DNA of 64,000 nucleotides from a virus: IMG/VR virus record IMGVR_UViG_3300045922_000151, positions 2,803 to 66,802 of that record; one strand, 5' to 3'. Shown piece by piece: positions 55,446 to 64,000 of this stretch (position 1 is its first letter; each line of letters starts with the position of its first letter). The notes under the pieces were generated by a model. It saw only the letters and a program-made list of their open reading frames with translations, ran no database searches and was not told where the DNA came from. The position numbers and the translations under genes were made by a program.

Positions 55446-55729
55446 GCGAAACTTACCTCATACCACTGGTTAACGACCAAGTCTTTGGTAGAGTAGGTAG
55501 CGCTGTTCAAAGTTACCGCGGTAGCGTTTGCTTTGGCATTGGCAGTCATCGCAGAAAGGTCTGGAGTGTGCAATGTATCACCCCCATCAGCTAATTCATC
55601 TGAACGGTCAACGAAAAAGTTGGCCGCTTGAATTTCTGATTTGAAGTAATCATTGATTTTTTCACCCCAAACTTCTGGGATATACGAAGCAAGGTTTGTT
55701 GCTGTAAAAGTGCCAGTAGGCCAAGGCAT
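55446..55729 (-). CDS. Major capsid protein exon 1
   Basis: YIPEVWG..GDTLHTP...NQWYEVSF coat N-terminus; spliced product 298 aa. Confidence 0.9.
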
Positions 55730-55772
55730 AACTTTTTAAGATAAGCGGTTATACCGATGTAAGGAAAGTTAA

Positions 55773-56363
55773 TTACTCAAAAGACCGATTTCCTCTTTTA
55801 GTAGAAAAAAACTCTTCTTGGATTTTACGGAAGTTCTCTTTGAACTCCTCTTGGGAGAGTTTTCCCGACTTCCATTTGGCAAGCAAGGAATTATCATCTC
55901 CTCCAGAAGAACGACTTGATGCCGGCAAGGACGCTCTTTCAGCTTCCTTCTTTTCACGAAGCGCTTTCAAAGCACCTTCAACGGCTGGATGTTTCACTGC
56001 CTCTTCAAGTGGCTTTCCAAGCCCCTTTGCGAAGGTAGAAACAATTTCCAACTCGTCGGCATCAAAATCCCTTCTTTTTACAAGAAATTCAATCTTTTCT
56101 TTCCACTCCTTATCATCAGGTTTCCCGCCATCCTGATTTTCAACGACCTTTTTAGGTTCTTCTGTTTTTGCAGAAGACTTAACTTTAGCTTCAAGTTTTT
56201 TGAGTCGTGCGTAAAGTTGTTTATTTTTTTCTTTCAACTCTTCTACCGACTCTCCACCTTCAGAAGTGAAGCCATCATCTGAAGTTGGTTCGGAAGTTAC
56301 AGCATCCGAAGTGCTGTCAGGATTTTGAGGAGTATCCTGCGACTCTAAATTTTGTTCATCCAT
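55773..56363 (-). CDS. Scaffolding protein
   Basis: Acidic N-terminus, KNKQLYARLKK coiled coil; directly before coat; start re-called to MDEQN. Confidence 0.7.
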   Translation of the reverse strand: MDEQNLESQDTPQNPDSTSDAVTSEPTSDDGFTSEGGESVEELKEKNKQLYARLKKLEAKVKSSAKTEEPKKVVENQDGGKPDDKEWKEKIEFLVKRRDFDADELEIVSTFAKGLGKPLEEAVKHPAVEGALKALREKKEAERASLPASSRSSGGDDNSLLAKWKSGKLSQEEFKENFRKIQEEFFSTKRGNRSFE

Positions 56364-56379
56364 ATTATTAAAAGGACTT

Positions 56380-56475
56380 ATTGGTTTATAAGGGGTTGCC
56401 ACTCCCCAATAGCCTTTTGTAGCGGTTGGCCTCCGCTATGCGGGTTTTTAAACGAGGTTTTCCCACAAGCCCTCA
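56380..56475 (-). promoter_or_regulatory. Three tandem small H-type pseudoknot-like elements in the scaffold leader
   Basis: GAGG/CCTC with GGG/CCC; TAGCGG/CCGCTA with GGCC/GGCT; GGGG/CCCC with TGG/CCA; each has an A-rich linker. Confidence 0.5.
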
Positions 56476-56523
56476 AGTTTTTACTTTTTTCTTAATCTTA
56501 ATTTTCTCAATGTCATTTTTTTA

Positions 56524-56781
56524 TTATTCATAATTATCTTCACCGACCTTTGTTTTTTGAGATAAAAGTCCGATAGTATTTAAAAAGTTTTTCAACGCCT
56601 TATAAGCTATAATCCTTCCTTCAAAAACTACATTTTTATCAAGTTTCTTTTCCTCTTCATCAAGCGTTGTTATATCTTTTAATCCCTCAAGGTAAAGTTT
56701 CAAAATCTCTTCAATGTATTCCCATTCTTTACGGGATTTAATCAATTGGCACGCTTTTTTATGTTCTTCTGTTATCTTCAT
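56524..56781 (-). CDS. Small portal-adjacent protein
   Basis: 85 aa starting 1 nt after portal stop; EGRIIA motif. Confidence 0.6.
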   Translation of the reverse strand: MKITEEHKKACQLIKSRKEWEYIEEILKLYLEGLKDITTLDEEEKKLDKNVVFEGRIIAYKALKNFLNTIGLLSQKTKVGEDNYE

Positions 56782-56782
56782 A

Positions 56783-58600
56783 TTATTGCGTCATAACCGA
56801 TCCCATTGGGGGAGTTGGCGTCTGTGACATTTCGTTTTCATTTAATACCTGCCCCCCTAATAATTGCGTTATTTTGGGCAAACCCTGCGAAGATTGCGTT
56901 TGTTGTATTGCTTTTGTTTCTTCAATTTTCTGGATATCAGTTACCGGAATTCCTATTTTTTCTGCTATCTTATAAATAAACCTTCTTAATAATGGGTCTT
57001 GTAATACCTGCGGATTTACTATCTGATTTAAGAAGTTCTGGAGGTTAATCACTTCAGTAGTCGGGTCAACTTTTTCATTAACCACATTGACAATAACTTG
57101 ATATTCAAAATCCTTGAAATATCCCTTCCCATAATTGATAGCCCTAACAAGCCCGCCCTTTGAAATCTCCTTTTTAATTTTTTTCTCATAATCAGCAAGT
57201 TCTTCTTCCGGAGGGGCAAAACCTGTTTCTTCAAAGTATTGTGAAATGTAGTTTTTCTTTAACTCTTCAATAAGAAAAGCGTCAACCTGTTCAATATCAT
57301 CTAAAGAGTTAGAGATAATTTGTAATAATTCTTTTTCATTGAATTGTTTTACAAGTTTGGGCAATAAATACTTTCCAACAAATCTTTCCAAGAAAAGCCC
57401 AAAGTTCTGTCTCATAAGTCCAAAGTTCCCAAGACTTTGTCTTTCTTGAATTAAAGCATTCGTTGCCGGCGTTGTTGCCGGGACAGACTCACCCCTTACC
57501 ACATCATAAGTAAAGGTTAACCTATCGGCCAATAAATCCCACATTTGCTCCTCGCTTTTCCAAGAAGACAAATCTCTATTTTCAGTAGCAACCGGAGTTA
57601 AAGAAGTCCCCCTCAAAATCGTTCCGTCTATGTAATCCGTAATAAAGTTAGAACCCACCAATGAAGTATCATCTGGCGTAATAAAAAGATGCTTGCTTGA
57701 AATCTCCATCGCCACTGACTTTTGATTTGCTATTTCGTTTCTCCTAATTTGAGCATCAAGCAACAGCTCAACATCTCCAACGCCAAGTAATCTTCCTTTT
57801 TGTTTTCTAATTGAAAAGTCAAAGTAGGTATATTCATCAACTTCACCCTTCCAAAGAACAAGTCCGTTTTCTATAATTCCCGACCTTGTTTTTTTGTAGT
57901 CATCCACATCGGCAACAAAAAACCAACTCTTTACAAATTTATTATCCTTCCCTCCTTTTTTCACCCAAGACTCCGGGCAAATTCCCTGCCTCTCATAAAC
58001 TTTAATAAATTCCTCTCCCGACTCTTTCCATCTTTCCAATAAATCATCTACATTTTGCCAGCCATCTTCTTTTTTCTCTAAAAGTCCTGCCGGAGTAAGT
58101 AAATGCTCCTCAATGATATATCTTGCTTTTGAAAGATTTTCCGCGCTTTGGTCAAAATACACATTCCGCAAATCAACCACATCGGGAACTAATTTTTTGC
58201 TCAACTTTATAATCGTGGTCCCAAAAGTAGCGGCATCTTCCGCCATTTCGTTTAAGAGTTCGCCAAAATCATTATCTCTCGCCCAATTCTTAAAGCCGTG
58301 TTCTAAAAACAACGCCTTTATTTGCCTCATCGTATTTTGGGAAAATATCCTAAAGTGCTTAATATCTACATCAATAAGACGCTTCGTAGTATCCCTTCTA
58401 AAAAGGACAATATTATAAAAGAATTTTTTTCTTCCCCGCGAGTCTTTGTCTCCACTTTCAAACTTTGAATTAGTATAAAAAATTACCTTATTAATAAGCC
58501 TATAAGTATTAAAATTATAACCATTAGCTATCTTAATGGTTCCATTTTTATAATCGTCAATCTCGTGACGAACTTGCTTAAATATATCTTCTAGAATCAT
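56783..58600 (-). CDS. Portal protein (P22-like)
   Basis: 605 aa after terL; FFYNIV, ATFGTTIIK, GRLLGVGDVE, TPATNA; Q-rich tail. Confidence 0.8.
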   Translation of the reverse strand: MILEDIFKQVRHEIDDYKNGTIKIANGYNFNTYRLINKVIFYTNSKFESGDKDSRGRKKFFYNIVLFRRDTTKRLIDVDIKHFRIFSQNTMRQIKALFLEHGFKNWARDNDFGELLNEMAEDAATFGTTIIKLSKKLVPDVVDLRNVYFDQSAENLSKARYIIEEHLLTPAGLLEKKEDGWQNVDDLLERWKESGEEFIKVYERQGICPESWVKKGGKDNKFVKSWFFVADVDDYKKTRSGIIENGLVLWKGEVDEYTYFDFSIRKQKGRLLGVGDVELLLDAQIRRNEIANQKSVAMEISSKHLFITPDDTSLVGSNFITDYIDGTILRGTSLTPVATENRDLSSWKSEEQMWDLLADRLTFTYDVVRGESVPATTPATNALIQERQSLGNFGLMRQNFGLFLERFVGKYLLPKLVKQFNEKELLQIISNSLDDIEQVDAFLIEELKKNYISQYFEETGFAPPEEELADYEKKIKKEISKGGLVRAINYGKGYFKDFEYQVIVNVVNEKVDPTTEVINLQNFLNQIVNPQVLQDPLLRRFIYKIAEKIGIPVTDIQKIEETKAIQQTQSSQGLPKITQLLGGQVLNENEMSQTPTPPMGSVMTQ

Positions 58601-58749
58601 TTCTTTCTTTTTATTCTTTTAACCTTATTTGGCAACACCTTTATATTTGGTGTTTCCTTTAACCATTCTTTAAAAACCTTTTTACTCATTTTACCTTGCT
58701 TCACAAGGATAGCAAACTTTCTTAATTGTGATTTAGACTTGAACGGCAT
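58597..58749 (-). CDS. Very basic 50-aa protein (not in ORF track)
   Basis: MPFKSKSQLRKF...KEWLKETPNIKVLPNKVKRIKRKK; ATGA overlap with portal. Confidence 0.7.
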   Translation of the reverse strand: MPFKSKSQLRKFAILVKQGKMSKKVFKEWLKETPNIKVLPNKVKRIKRKK

Positions 58750-58786
58750 ATTATTTACAGGACTAATTATAATATAGCCTTATTTC

Positions 58787-60208
58787 TTATTCAAACGAGT
58801 TTTTGGAAAAATAATCCCTTCTTGATTGTATTTGCATCATTTGTAGTTTTTTATCCATTCCCGGCGGCTGGGCTATCTGTAACTGATAAGCCAAGCTATC
58901 CAAAACATCGTCATTAATTCCCTTCGGAAACATAAACATTTCTTCCTCTAAATCCTTACATTCTCCCTCAATGTGAAAAACGCTTCCGCTTTCATATCTT
59001 GGTATTAAACCCCTGATTCTTATCTCTTTTGCCGTTTGACTATGCTCCAATTCTACAATAGGCAAAAAGACATTTCTTTTTCTCATTTCTTCGTCTAAAA
59101 ATGGCTTTAATCCTATAAGATATTGAGTTTTTTCTATTCCTATTTTTTCAAGTTTTTCTAATTCATATAAAGAAAAAATCATATCTACCAATTCTGTTGG
59201 CGAAACTCTTTTTTTAAATGCTTTTATATTCCATTTATTTTCTTTGTCTACGTAGTTAATAACAAATCCGGTATAATTCGCGGAATCTTTTTTTGACATC
59301 GCCGGATCAATTGTCAAAAACTTCCTAACTTCAAGTTTTTGGATTTCTTCTGCTTTTCTGGTTTTAATCCATTCGGGCTTAAACTCTTGTCCCTCAATAG
59401 CAATGGGTGTCTGTTGATAAAGCGATTGCCAATTATAAGTTCCAATTGTTTCTTTTATTTTTAATAAATCGTCTAAACTATACTTCTCTGGCCATAACGG
59501 CTCGCCAAACTTTCTATATTTCTCCTCTGTTTCTGCTATTGCTGGATATTTGATAACTGCCCAATCTTCCGGCTGTTCTTTTAAAAGTCTTCCCACTAAA
59601 TCATCAAAGTGCCATCTTGTTATCATAATTACAATTTTGCCATCTTTTTCTAACCTCGTATAAAGAGTTGAAGTAAAATAATCCCATACTTTTTCTCTAT
59701 AAACTTGGCTTTCTGCTTCTTCTCTGTTTTTAACTGGGTCATCAATAATAAGCAAATTCGCTCCACGTCCAGTTATTCCTCCGCCCAAGCCAACCGCAAC
59801 ATAACTGCCATTATGTCCTTTTAATTTCCACTCGCTTTTAGCGCTTATATCCTCTCTAATTTCGTGTCCAAAAACAAATTTGTATTCCGGAGTATTTATT
59901 ATATCCCTTGTTTGCGCCCCAAATTTAGAAGCCAAATCTGCCGAATAAGATGAAACAATAATTTCGTGGTCTGGATTTCTGCCTAAATACCAAGCGGGAA
60001 ACATAATACTGGACAACAAAGATTTTCCGTGTCTTGGAGGTAAAAGTAAAATAAGTCTTTTGATTTCTCCTTTTTCTACTTTTTCTAAATGATGAATAGT
60101 CTCGTTATGATGCCAATTAAACTGATAATCTTTCTTTAGTAACAAAATAAAAGCATCAAAATAACACCTTGCCGCTTCTCTTGCTAATAATAATTTTTCA
60201 TTTTCCAT
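58787..60208 (-). CDS. terL: Terminase large subunit
   Basis: LPPRHGKS, GITGRGANLLIIDDPVK, TRWHFDDL, IDPA, NDDVLDSL. Confidence 0.95.
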   Translation of the reverse strand: MENEKLLLAREAARCYFDAFILLLKKDYQFNWHHNETIHHLEKVEKGEIKRLILLLPPRHGKSLLSSIMFPAWYLGRNPDHEIIVSSYSADLASKFGAQTRDIINTPEYKFVFGHEIREDISAKSEWKLKGHNGSYVAVGLGGGITGRGANLLIIDDPVKNREEAESQVYREKVWDYFTSTLYTRLEKDGKIVIMITRWHFDDLVGRLLKEQPEDWAVIKYPAIAETEEKYRKFGEPLWPEKYSLDDLLKIKETIGTYNWQSLYQQTPIAIEGQEFKPEWIKTRKAEEIQKLEVRKFLTIDPAMSKKDSANYTGFVINYVDKENKWNIKAFKKRVSPTELVDMIFSLYELEKLEKIGIEKTQYLIGLKPFLDEEMRKRNVFLPIVELEHSQTAKEIRIRGLIPRYESGSVFHIEGECKDLEEEMFMFPKGINDDVLDSLAYQLQIAQPPGMDKKLQMMQIQSRRDYFSKNSFE

Positions 60209-60611
60209 TATTTCTTCTTTCTACAACTTTTTTAATAATTGCATCAAATTGTTCATCAGATATTAAATTTGTGTAAATTTCTTGCTCAATCCTTTCCACT
60301 TCTTTCCCGTAAATTTTTTCTACTATATCTTTCCAGAAGTTATAATTCCCCTTCAATCCGCTTTCAATGCCCTGCTTTAATAACTCAATATAAATGGGCT
60401 CTGGAGTTTCACCCAAACTCAACGCTTTTGCAACTTCCCTTGCCGCTATTTCAAAATCTTTGTTAAAGTTTCTTTTTCCTCGCGGTCTTCCTCTTTTTTC
60501 CGGCTGATTTTCGCTTGTAAAACGAGACTCCAAAGGTGGATGCCCCGGTCCAACCTTATATTCTAACTCCTGTTTTTCTCCCGTTTTTTCACTTTTTAAT
60601 TCTTCTTCCAT
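60198..60611 (-). CDS. terS: Terminase small subunit (DUF5681-like N-terminus)
   Basis: YKVGPGHPPLESRF...GRPRG; overlaps terL start. Confidence 0.75.
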   Translation of the reverse strand: MEEELKSEKTGEKQELEYKVGPGHPPLESRFTSENQPEKRGRPRGKRNFNKDFEIAAREVAKALSLGETPEPIYIELLKQGIESGLKGNYNFWKDIVEKIYGKEVERIEQEIYTNLISDEQFDAIIKKVVERRNNGK

Positions 60612-60645
60612 ACTCTTAAATTATACCACTTTTTCTTAAAATTTA

Positions 60646-62919
60646 CTATTTTTTATTCGGACCTCTATATTTACCAACTCTATAACCTTCTTTTTTGGCA
60701 ATACTATATGCTACTCTTGCCGCTTGTCTTTCTGATACCGGTCGCCTTGGATTCCATCTAGGGTGGTATGGTTTATGAGTATTTTCAACAATGCCGGTTT
60801 CCATTATCTTTTCTTTAAGTTCATTGATAAATTCTTCGGCTGATTTGCTTCTTTTTATTGTTTCCTTTTCGGTTTCTTGTTGTTTTTTTCTTCTTCTTCT
60901 TAAAAGAAGATATGTCATCCAGAATTTTCTCTTAGTTCCTGCTACTCCACCGCCGCCACCGCCACCATCACCACCGCCGCCGGCAATTAATTGGGCATTA
61001 GAATTAACAATTCCTATACCTGACAAAGAGATTTGTCCAATAATTATCAGACTACCGTCAGCCGTTAAAATACCAACATTTATTAGAGAACTTGAACCAC
61101 TTAATTCAAGACTACCTGCGACATCAAGATTCCCCAGCCCATAAATTAGAGATGAGCCATAAACAATGCCTTCGCCTTGAATTTGTCCATTAGCAGATAA
61201 ATCACCAATTCCAGATAGAGAAGAAGCGCCTCCTATTATTAAAAATCCTTCTGATGTTATTGTTCCTACTCCATACAGGAAAGATGTCCCAGCAATAATA
61301 AGTATTGGATTTGTTACTAATTCCCCACTACCAGATAAGTAAGAAGTGCCAAATAAAATAAGTCCTCCATTTATCTCAAGATTACCAAAACCATAAATCG
61401 CAGAACTTCCACTAATAAATAGGCTACTATCAGAAGCAAGATTGCCTTCTCCAAGTATAAGTAATGAGCCAGATATAATAACACCACCTTCAGCTGTTAG
61501 TGTTCCATATCCATACAAATTAGAAACACCTCCTAAAATAACATTTCCAACCGAAATTATGATTCCCTGTCCAGATAAAGAAGTAATACCAAAAACAACA
61601 AATCCGCCAGTAGCGGTTAAACTACCTATCCCAGATAAATTAGAATTCCCGAATAAAAGAATCCCGCCAATTGTAGTTAATGTTCCATAACCAGAGATAG
61701 TAGAACCACCCACTAAAATTAACACACCAATAGCATTCAATCCACCAACACCAGTCAAAGTAGCCGAACCATAAACAATTGTTCCGCCAGATGGCACATA
61801 CTCAACCAAAGCCCATACTTCTGTATATCTCACAACCGTAGTGGAAGAAGCAGACGGCTGAACGCCAATCTGCATATTTGTTAGCGAATTTGTGCCAGTA
61901 ACAGTCCAAGCGCTGCCTGTAGTGGGGTCGGTATATCTGGTTAATTTATAAACTCTTGGAGTGGGGTCAGAATGTGTCGTCCAGCCGTTAATTGAAAAGT
62001 CTATTGAGGTGGCGGTAGCTAGCGTGCCGCCTGAAGCACTTTTTAGCCGAAGGTTGAGGTTTCTTCCTGTGTTTGCCGTGTTGCTGGTAGACCCGCCTCG
62101 CACACCAACAGCCACTAAAGTAATAGTATCAGACGAACCAATACCTCTGTTTGTTGGGTCTTGAACTTTGTGGTCGTCAATGGGTTGGCCAGATGAACGG
62201 TTGAGATAAGCCGTAGCGTCATTGGGCGGCACAGAATTAGCTTGACTCCAGTTTGCTCCGCTGTCCGTTCCCGCTCTCGGCCAAGCGGCGTTATCTCCAG
62301 CGGCAGAGGGATTAAGGTGAACGATTGAACCAGCCCCTGCCCAAGAGTTTTGAAAAGAACCAGAAGTATCGTTTATCGCTATATCGTCAAAATATAAATC
62401 AGCCGTAGCAGAATCAATAACGCCAAATCTAACAAATCCACCACCGCCAACATCGTTGTTTGAAACAGCATTCAACTCTGTGTTTCCGTCTATTTTTAGG
62501 GTTACTTTATTATTTGTTTCGTCATAATAATACTCTATTCTATACCATTGCCCCGTATTCAAAACCGTTGTTCCAGTCCCGCTTACTGTTAAATTATTAT
62601 AGGTAACTTCTAATTTTCTGTCTGCTCTCAATCTTATTTTTGATGCCTGAAATGAACCATCTCCATAATCAGAGATTGTCGTAGTTACAGATGGGGAAGT
62701 AGCAATATAAAGGTAAAAACGGATATAAACATCCTCAAGATCATTACTCCTAAATCTATGAGAAATATAAGCAGTTGTAGATGTTGTGTTACAACGCAAA
62801 GCCGCCTCCCCACTTCTTTTGGTAGACGTGTTTATAGAAGGAGAACCAGTGGTGGTATCCCACTCCATTAAAGAAGTGGTTGACTGAAGCTCAAAACCGC
62901 AAGACCAGAGACGAGCCAT
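60646..62919 (-). CDS. Fibre/adhesin-like protein: lectin-like N-domain, 13 x 20-aa Gly repeats, poly-Gly hinge, basic tail
   Basis: MARLW...EYVP domain shared with 17543-19936; repeats counted in the translation. Confidence 0.65.
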   Translation of the reverse strand: MARLWSCGFELQSTTSLMEWDTTTGSPSINTSTKRSGEAALRCNTTSTTAYISHRFRSNDLEDVYIRFYLYIATSPSVTTTISDYGDGSFQASKIRLRADRKLEVTYNNLTVSGTGTTVLNTGQWYRIEYYYDETNNKVTLKIDGNTELNAVSNNDVGGGGFVRFGVIDSATADLYFDDIAINDTSGSFQNSWAGAGSIVHLNPSAAGDNAAWPRAGTDSGANWSQANSVPPNDATAYLNRSSGQPIDDHKVQDPTNRGIGSSDTITLVAVGVRGGSTSNTANTGRNLNLRLKSASGGTLATATSIDFSINGWTTHSDPTPRVYKLTRYTDPTTGSAWTVTGTNSLTNMQIGVQPSASSTTVVRYTEVWALVEYVPSGGTIVYGSATLTGVGGLNAIGVLILVGGSTISGYGTLTTIGGILLFGNSNLSGIGSLTATGGFVVFGITSLSGQGIIISVGNVILGGVSNLYGYGTLTAEGGVIISGSLLILGEGNLASDSSLFISGSSAIYGFGNLEINGGLILFGTSYLSGSGELVTNPILIIAGTSFLYGVGTITSEGFLIIGGASSLSGIGDLSANGQIQGEGIVYGSSLIYGLGNLDVAGSLELSGSSSLINVGILTADGSLIIIGQISLSGIGIVNSNAQLIAGGGGDGGGGGGGVAGTKRKFWMTYLLLRRRRKKQQETEKETIKRSKSAEEFINELKEKIMETGIVENTHKPYHPRWNPRRPVSERQAARVAYSIAKKEGYRVGKYRGPNKK
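60990..61770 (-). repeat. 13 repeats of about 20 aa, G.S.(L/I).G.G.L...G
   Basis: Counted directly in the 757-aa translation; boundaries approximate. Confidence 0.85.
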
Positions 62920-62933
62920 ATTTATTTAATTAT

Positions 62934-63320
62934 TTAATCAAACGATATATCCAAATCTCCAGCGGCAATTTTGAATGTGTCGCCGTTATTGACTGTTTTA
63001 CTCGTAGTCAAGTTACCCCACATTAAAAGATTTCCAGAGGTTGAAGCGTCAAAGATTCCTACTGCGACAATCGTTCCCCAGTTCGCTGTAGCCGTCGGGA
63101 AAGTTATATCGGCGGCGTTTGAAGTCGCTCCACCAGAAGCGGCGGACAAAGTAAAAGATTGCCGAGCATACGAACCACCCGACACCTCCGTTCCACCGCC
63201 AGCATCTGTCGGAGCTTCTGTGTAGAGAGCCAAATATATTGTTGTTGGCGGCGTAAACGAAGCGGCACGCAACATATGATTTATAATCGTGTTTTCATAA
63301 TAATTTGATATATTTGCCAT
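62934..63320 (-). CDS. Small beta-rich virion fibre subunit
   Basis: YLALYT..P...GGTEVSGGSYARQ...ITFPTATANWGTI...GIFDASTSGNLL, a widespread phage structural family. Confidence 0.7.
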   Translation of the reverse strand: MANISNYYENTIINHMLRAASFTPPTTIYLALYTEAPTDAGGGTEVSGGSYARQSFTLSAASGGATSNAADITFPTATANWGTIVAVGIFDASTSGNLLMWGNLTTSKTVNNGDTFKIAAGDLDISFD

Positions 63321-63458
63321 AATAAATTAAAAAATAAATTAAAATAAATTATTAAACGACCTTTTAATTATAATAACTACTGTTCTTTCATAATCTTAAA
63401 TTATACCACTTTTTTTGAATTATAACATCTCTTCTATTTTATACTTTATTAGCCAACT

Positions 63459-63845
63459 TTATTTTTTATTTTCCCTTACCCTCATAGAATTTTCACTTTG
63501 CGTTACCCACCGCATATTAAATAAATGATACCCTATAGAAGAATCAATCCTATCTATACTTGGGCATAATCTTCTACTATAGCCGTTTTTAACCCATAGA
63601 GACCATAATCTTCTGAAGTCTTTATTTTTTAACGACCATTGATAAAACATTTTTTTGGGTAAGATATATTTACCAAAGTATAAGTGGGCTTTATTTTTTT
63701 GAATACCGCGAACCCGACTTAACATATTTCTGTATTTCCTCATCAAAAAACCTTTTATTGTCTTTTCATATCTATGCGTGCAGGCGTTATGTGTTCTCTT
63801 GCGGTATTCTCTTTGGTAAGCGTTTTTCTCTTCTCTACTCCACAT
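63459..63845 (-). CDS. Free-standing HNH-like endonuclease
   Basis: PSIDRIDSSIGYHLFNMRWVTQSEN; start re-called to ATG 63845. Confidence 0.75.
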   Translation of the reverse strand: MWSREEKNAYQREYRKRTHNACTHRYEKTIKGFLMRKYRNMLSRVRGIQKNKAHLYFGKYILPKKMFYQWSLKNKDFRRLWSLWVKNGYSRRLCPSIDRIDSSIGYHLFNMRWVTQSENSMRVRENKK

Positions 63846-63873
63846 AATATCTAACTTATCGTATAAAAACAAT

Positions 63874-64000
63874 AAAAAACCTCCTTTAATCCCTTAAAGG
63901 AGGTGAAAGAGCATATAAACTTTCTTCATTGCGATACAAAATCCGACACAATACCTTGAAACTCCTTGGCTTATTAAAAAAGATAAACACTTTTCTGGGC
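63874..64000. repeat. Direct repeat copy 2 (runs to window end; includes the terminator hairpin)
   Basis: Identical to 32962-33088. Confidence 0.95.

Larger units (their letters stand above)
32962..64000 (-). mobile_element. Phage B: podovirus-type genome, apparently a complete 30,912-bp unit between direct repeats
   Basis: terS/terL, P22-like portal, scaffold and coat, ejection proteins, lysis, replication; no tail tube, tape measure or integrase; AT-rich. Confidence 0.85.

Noticed and set aside
53920-55729. Capsid gene as a pseudogene, intein host or simple HNH insertion
   Set aside because: The HNH is out of frame with no intein termini, and a complete group I core with frame-restoring splice sites explains the split
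422-63225. Numerous plus-strand and nested ORFs in the ORF track
   Set aside because: They are antisense or alternate-frame shadows of coherent minus-strand phage genes and show no recognisable motifs

Overview
The window holds two different small tailed-phage genomes end to end, with essentially every real gene on the minus strand and no host housekeeping genes, integrase, tRNA, CRISPR array or reverse transcriptase. Phage A (1..~32,830, visibly GC-richer, cut at the left edge) is a siphovirus-type genome. In transcription order it runs: replication initiator, DnaC-like loader, two DNA methyltransferases, terS/terL, HK97 portal fused to a gpF domain, protease, HK97 capsid, head-tail and tail genes with a -1 frameshifted chaperone, a lysis cassette, then DUF932/SSB/helicase/recombination genes. 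Phage B (~32,960..64,000, AT-rich) is a podovirus-type genome with a P22-like portal and coat, ejection proteins and a 1343-aa LPD38-like protein. It is bracketed by an exact direct repeat of at least 127 bp (32962 and 63874), which suggests a 30,912-bp circle. The two phages share several homologues (initiator, cysteine-peptidase lysin, signal-anchored transglycosylase, a MARLW...EYVP adhesin domain) and the same promoter grammar, which implies a related host. Patescibacteria/CPR is my inference, not something the sequence shows. Highlights: (1) a 913-nt group I intron with an HNH gene in the phage B capsid gene, predicted to use a non-canonical C.A 5' splice site; (2) one adhesin head grafted onto two unrelated repeat shafts, each with a small partner protein, a candidate templated capsid-fibre system; (3) phage A's iteron origin apparently sits about 26 kb outside its initiator gene; (4) DnaA-box-linked early promoters in both phages; (5) a lysin split by an in-frame stop flanked by matched codons; (6) many near-leaderless promoters and 5'-UTR pseudoknots. 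All calls are by eye from the sequence and ORF track; no database searches were run.
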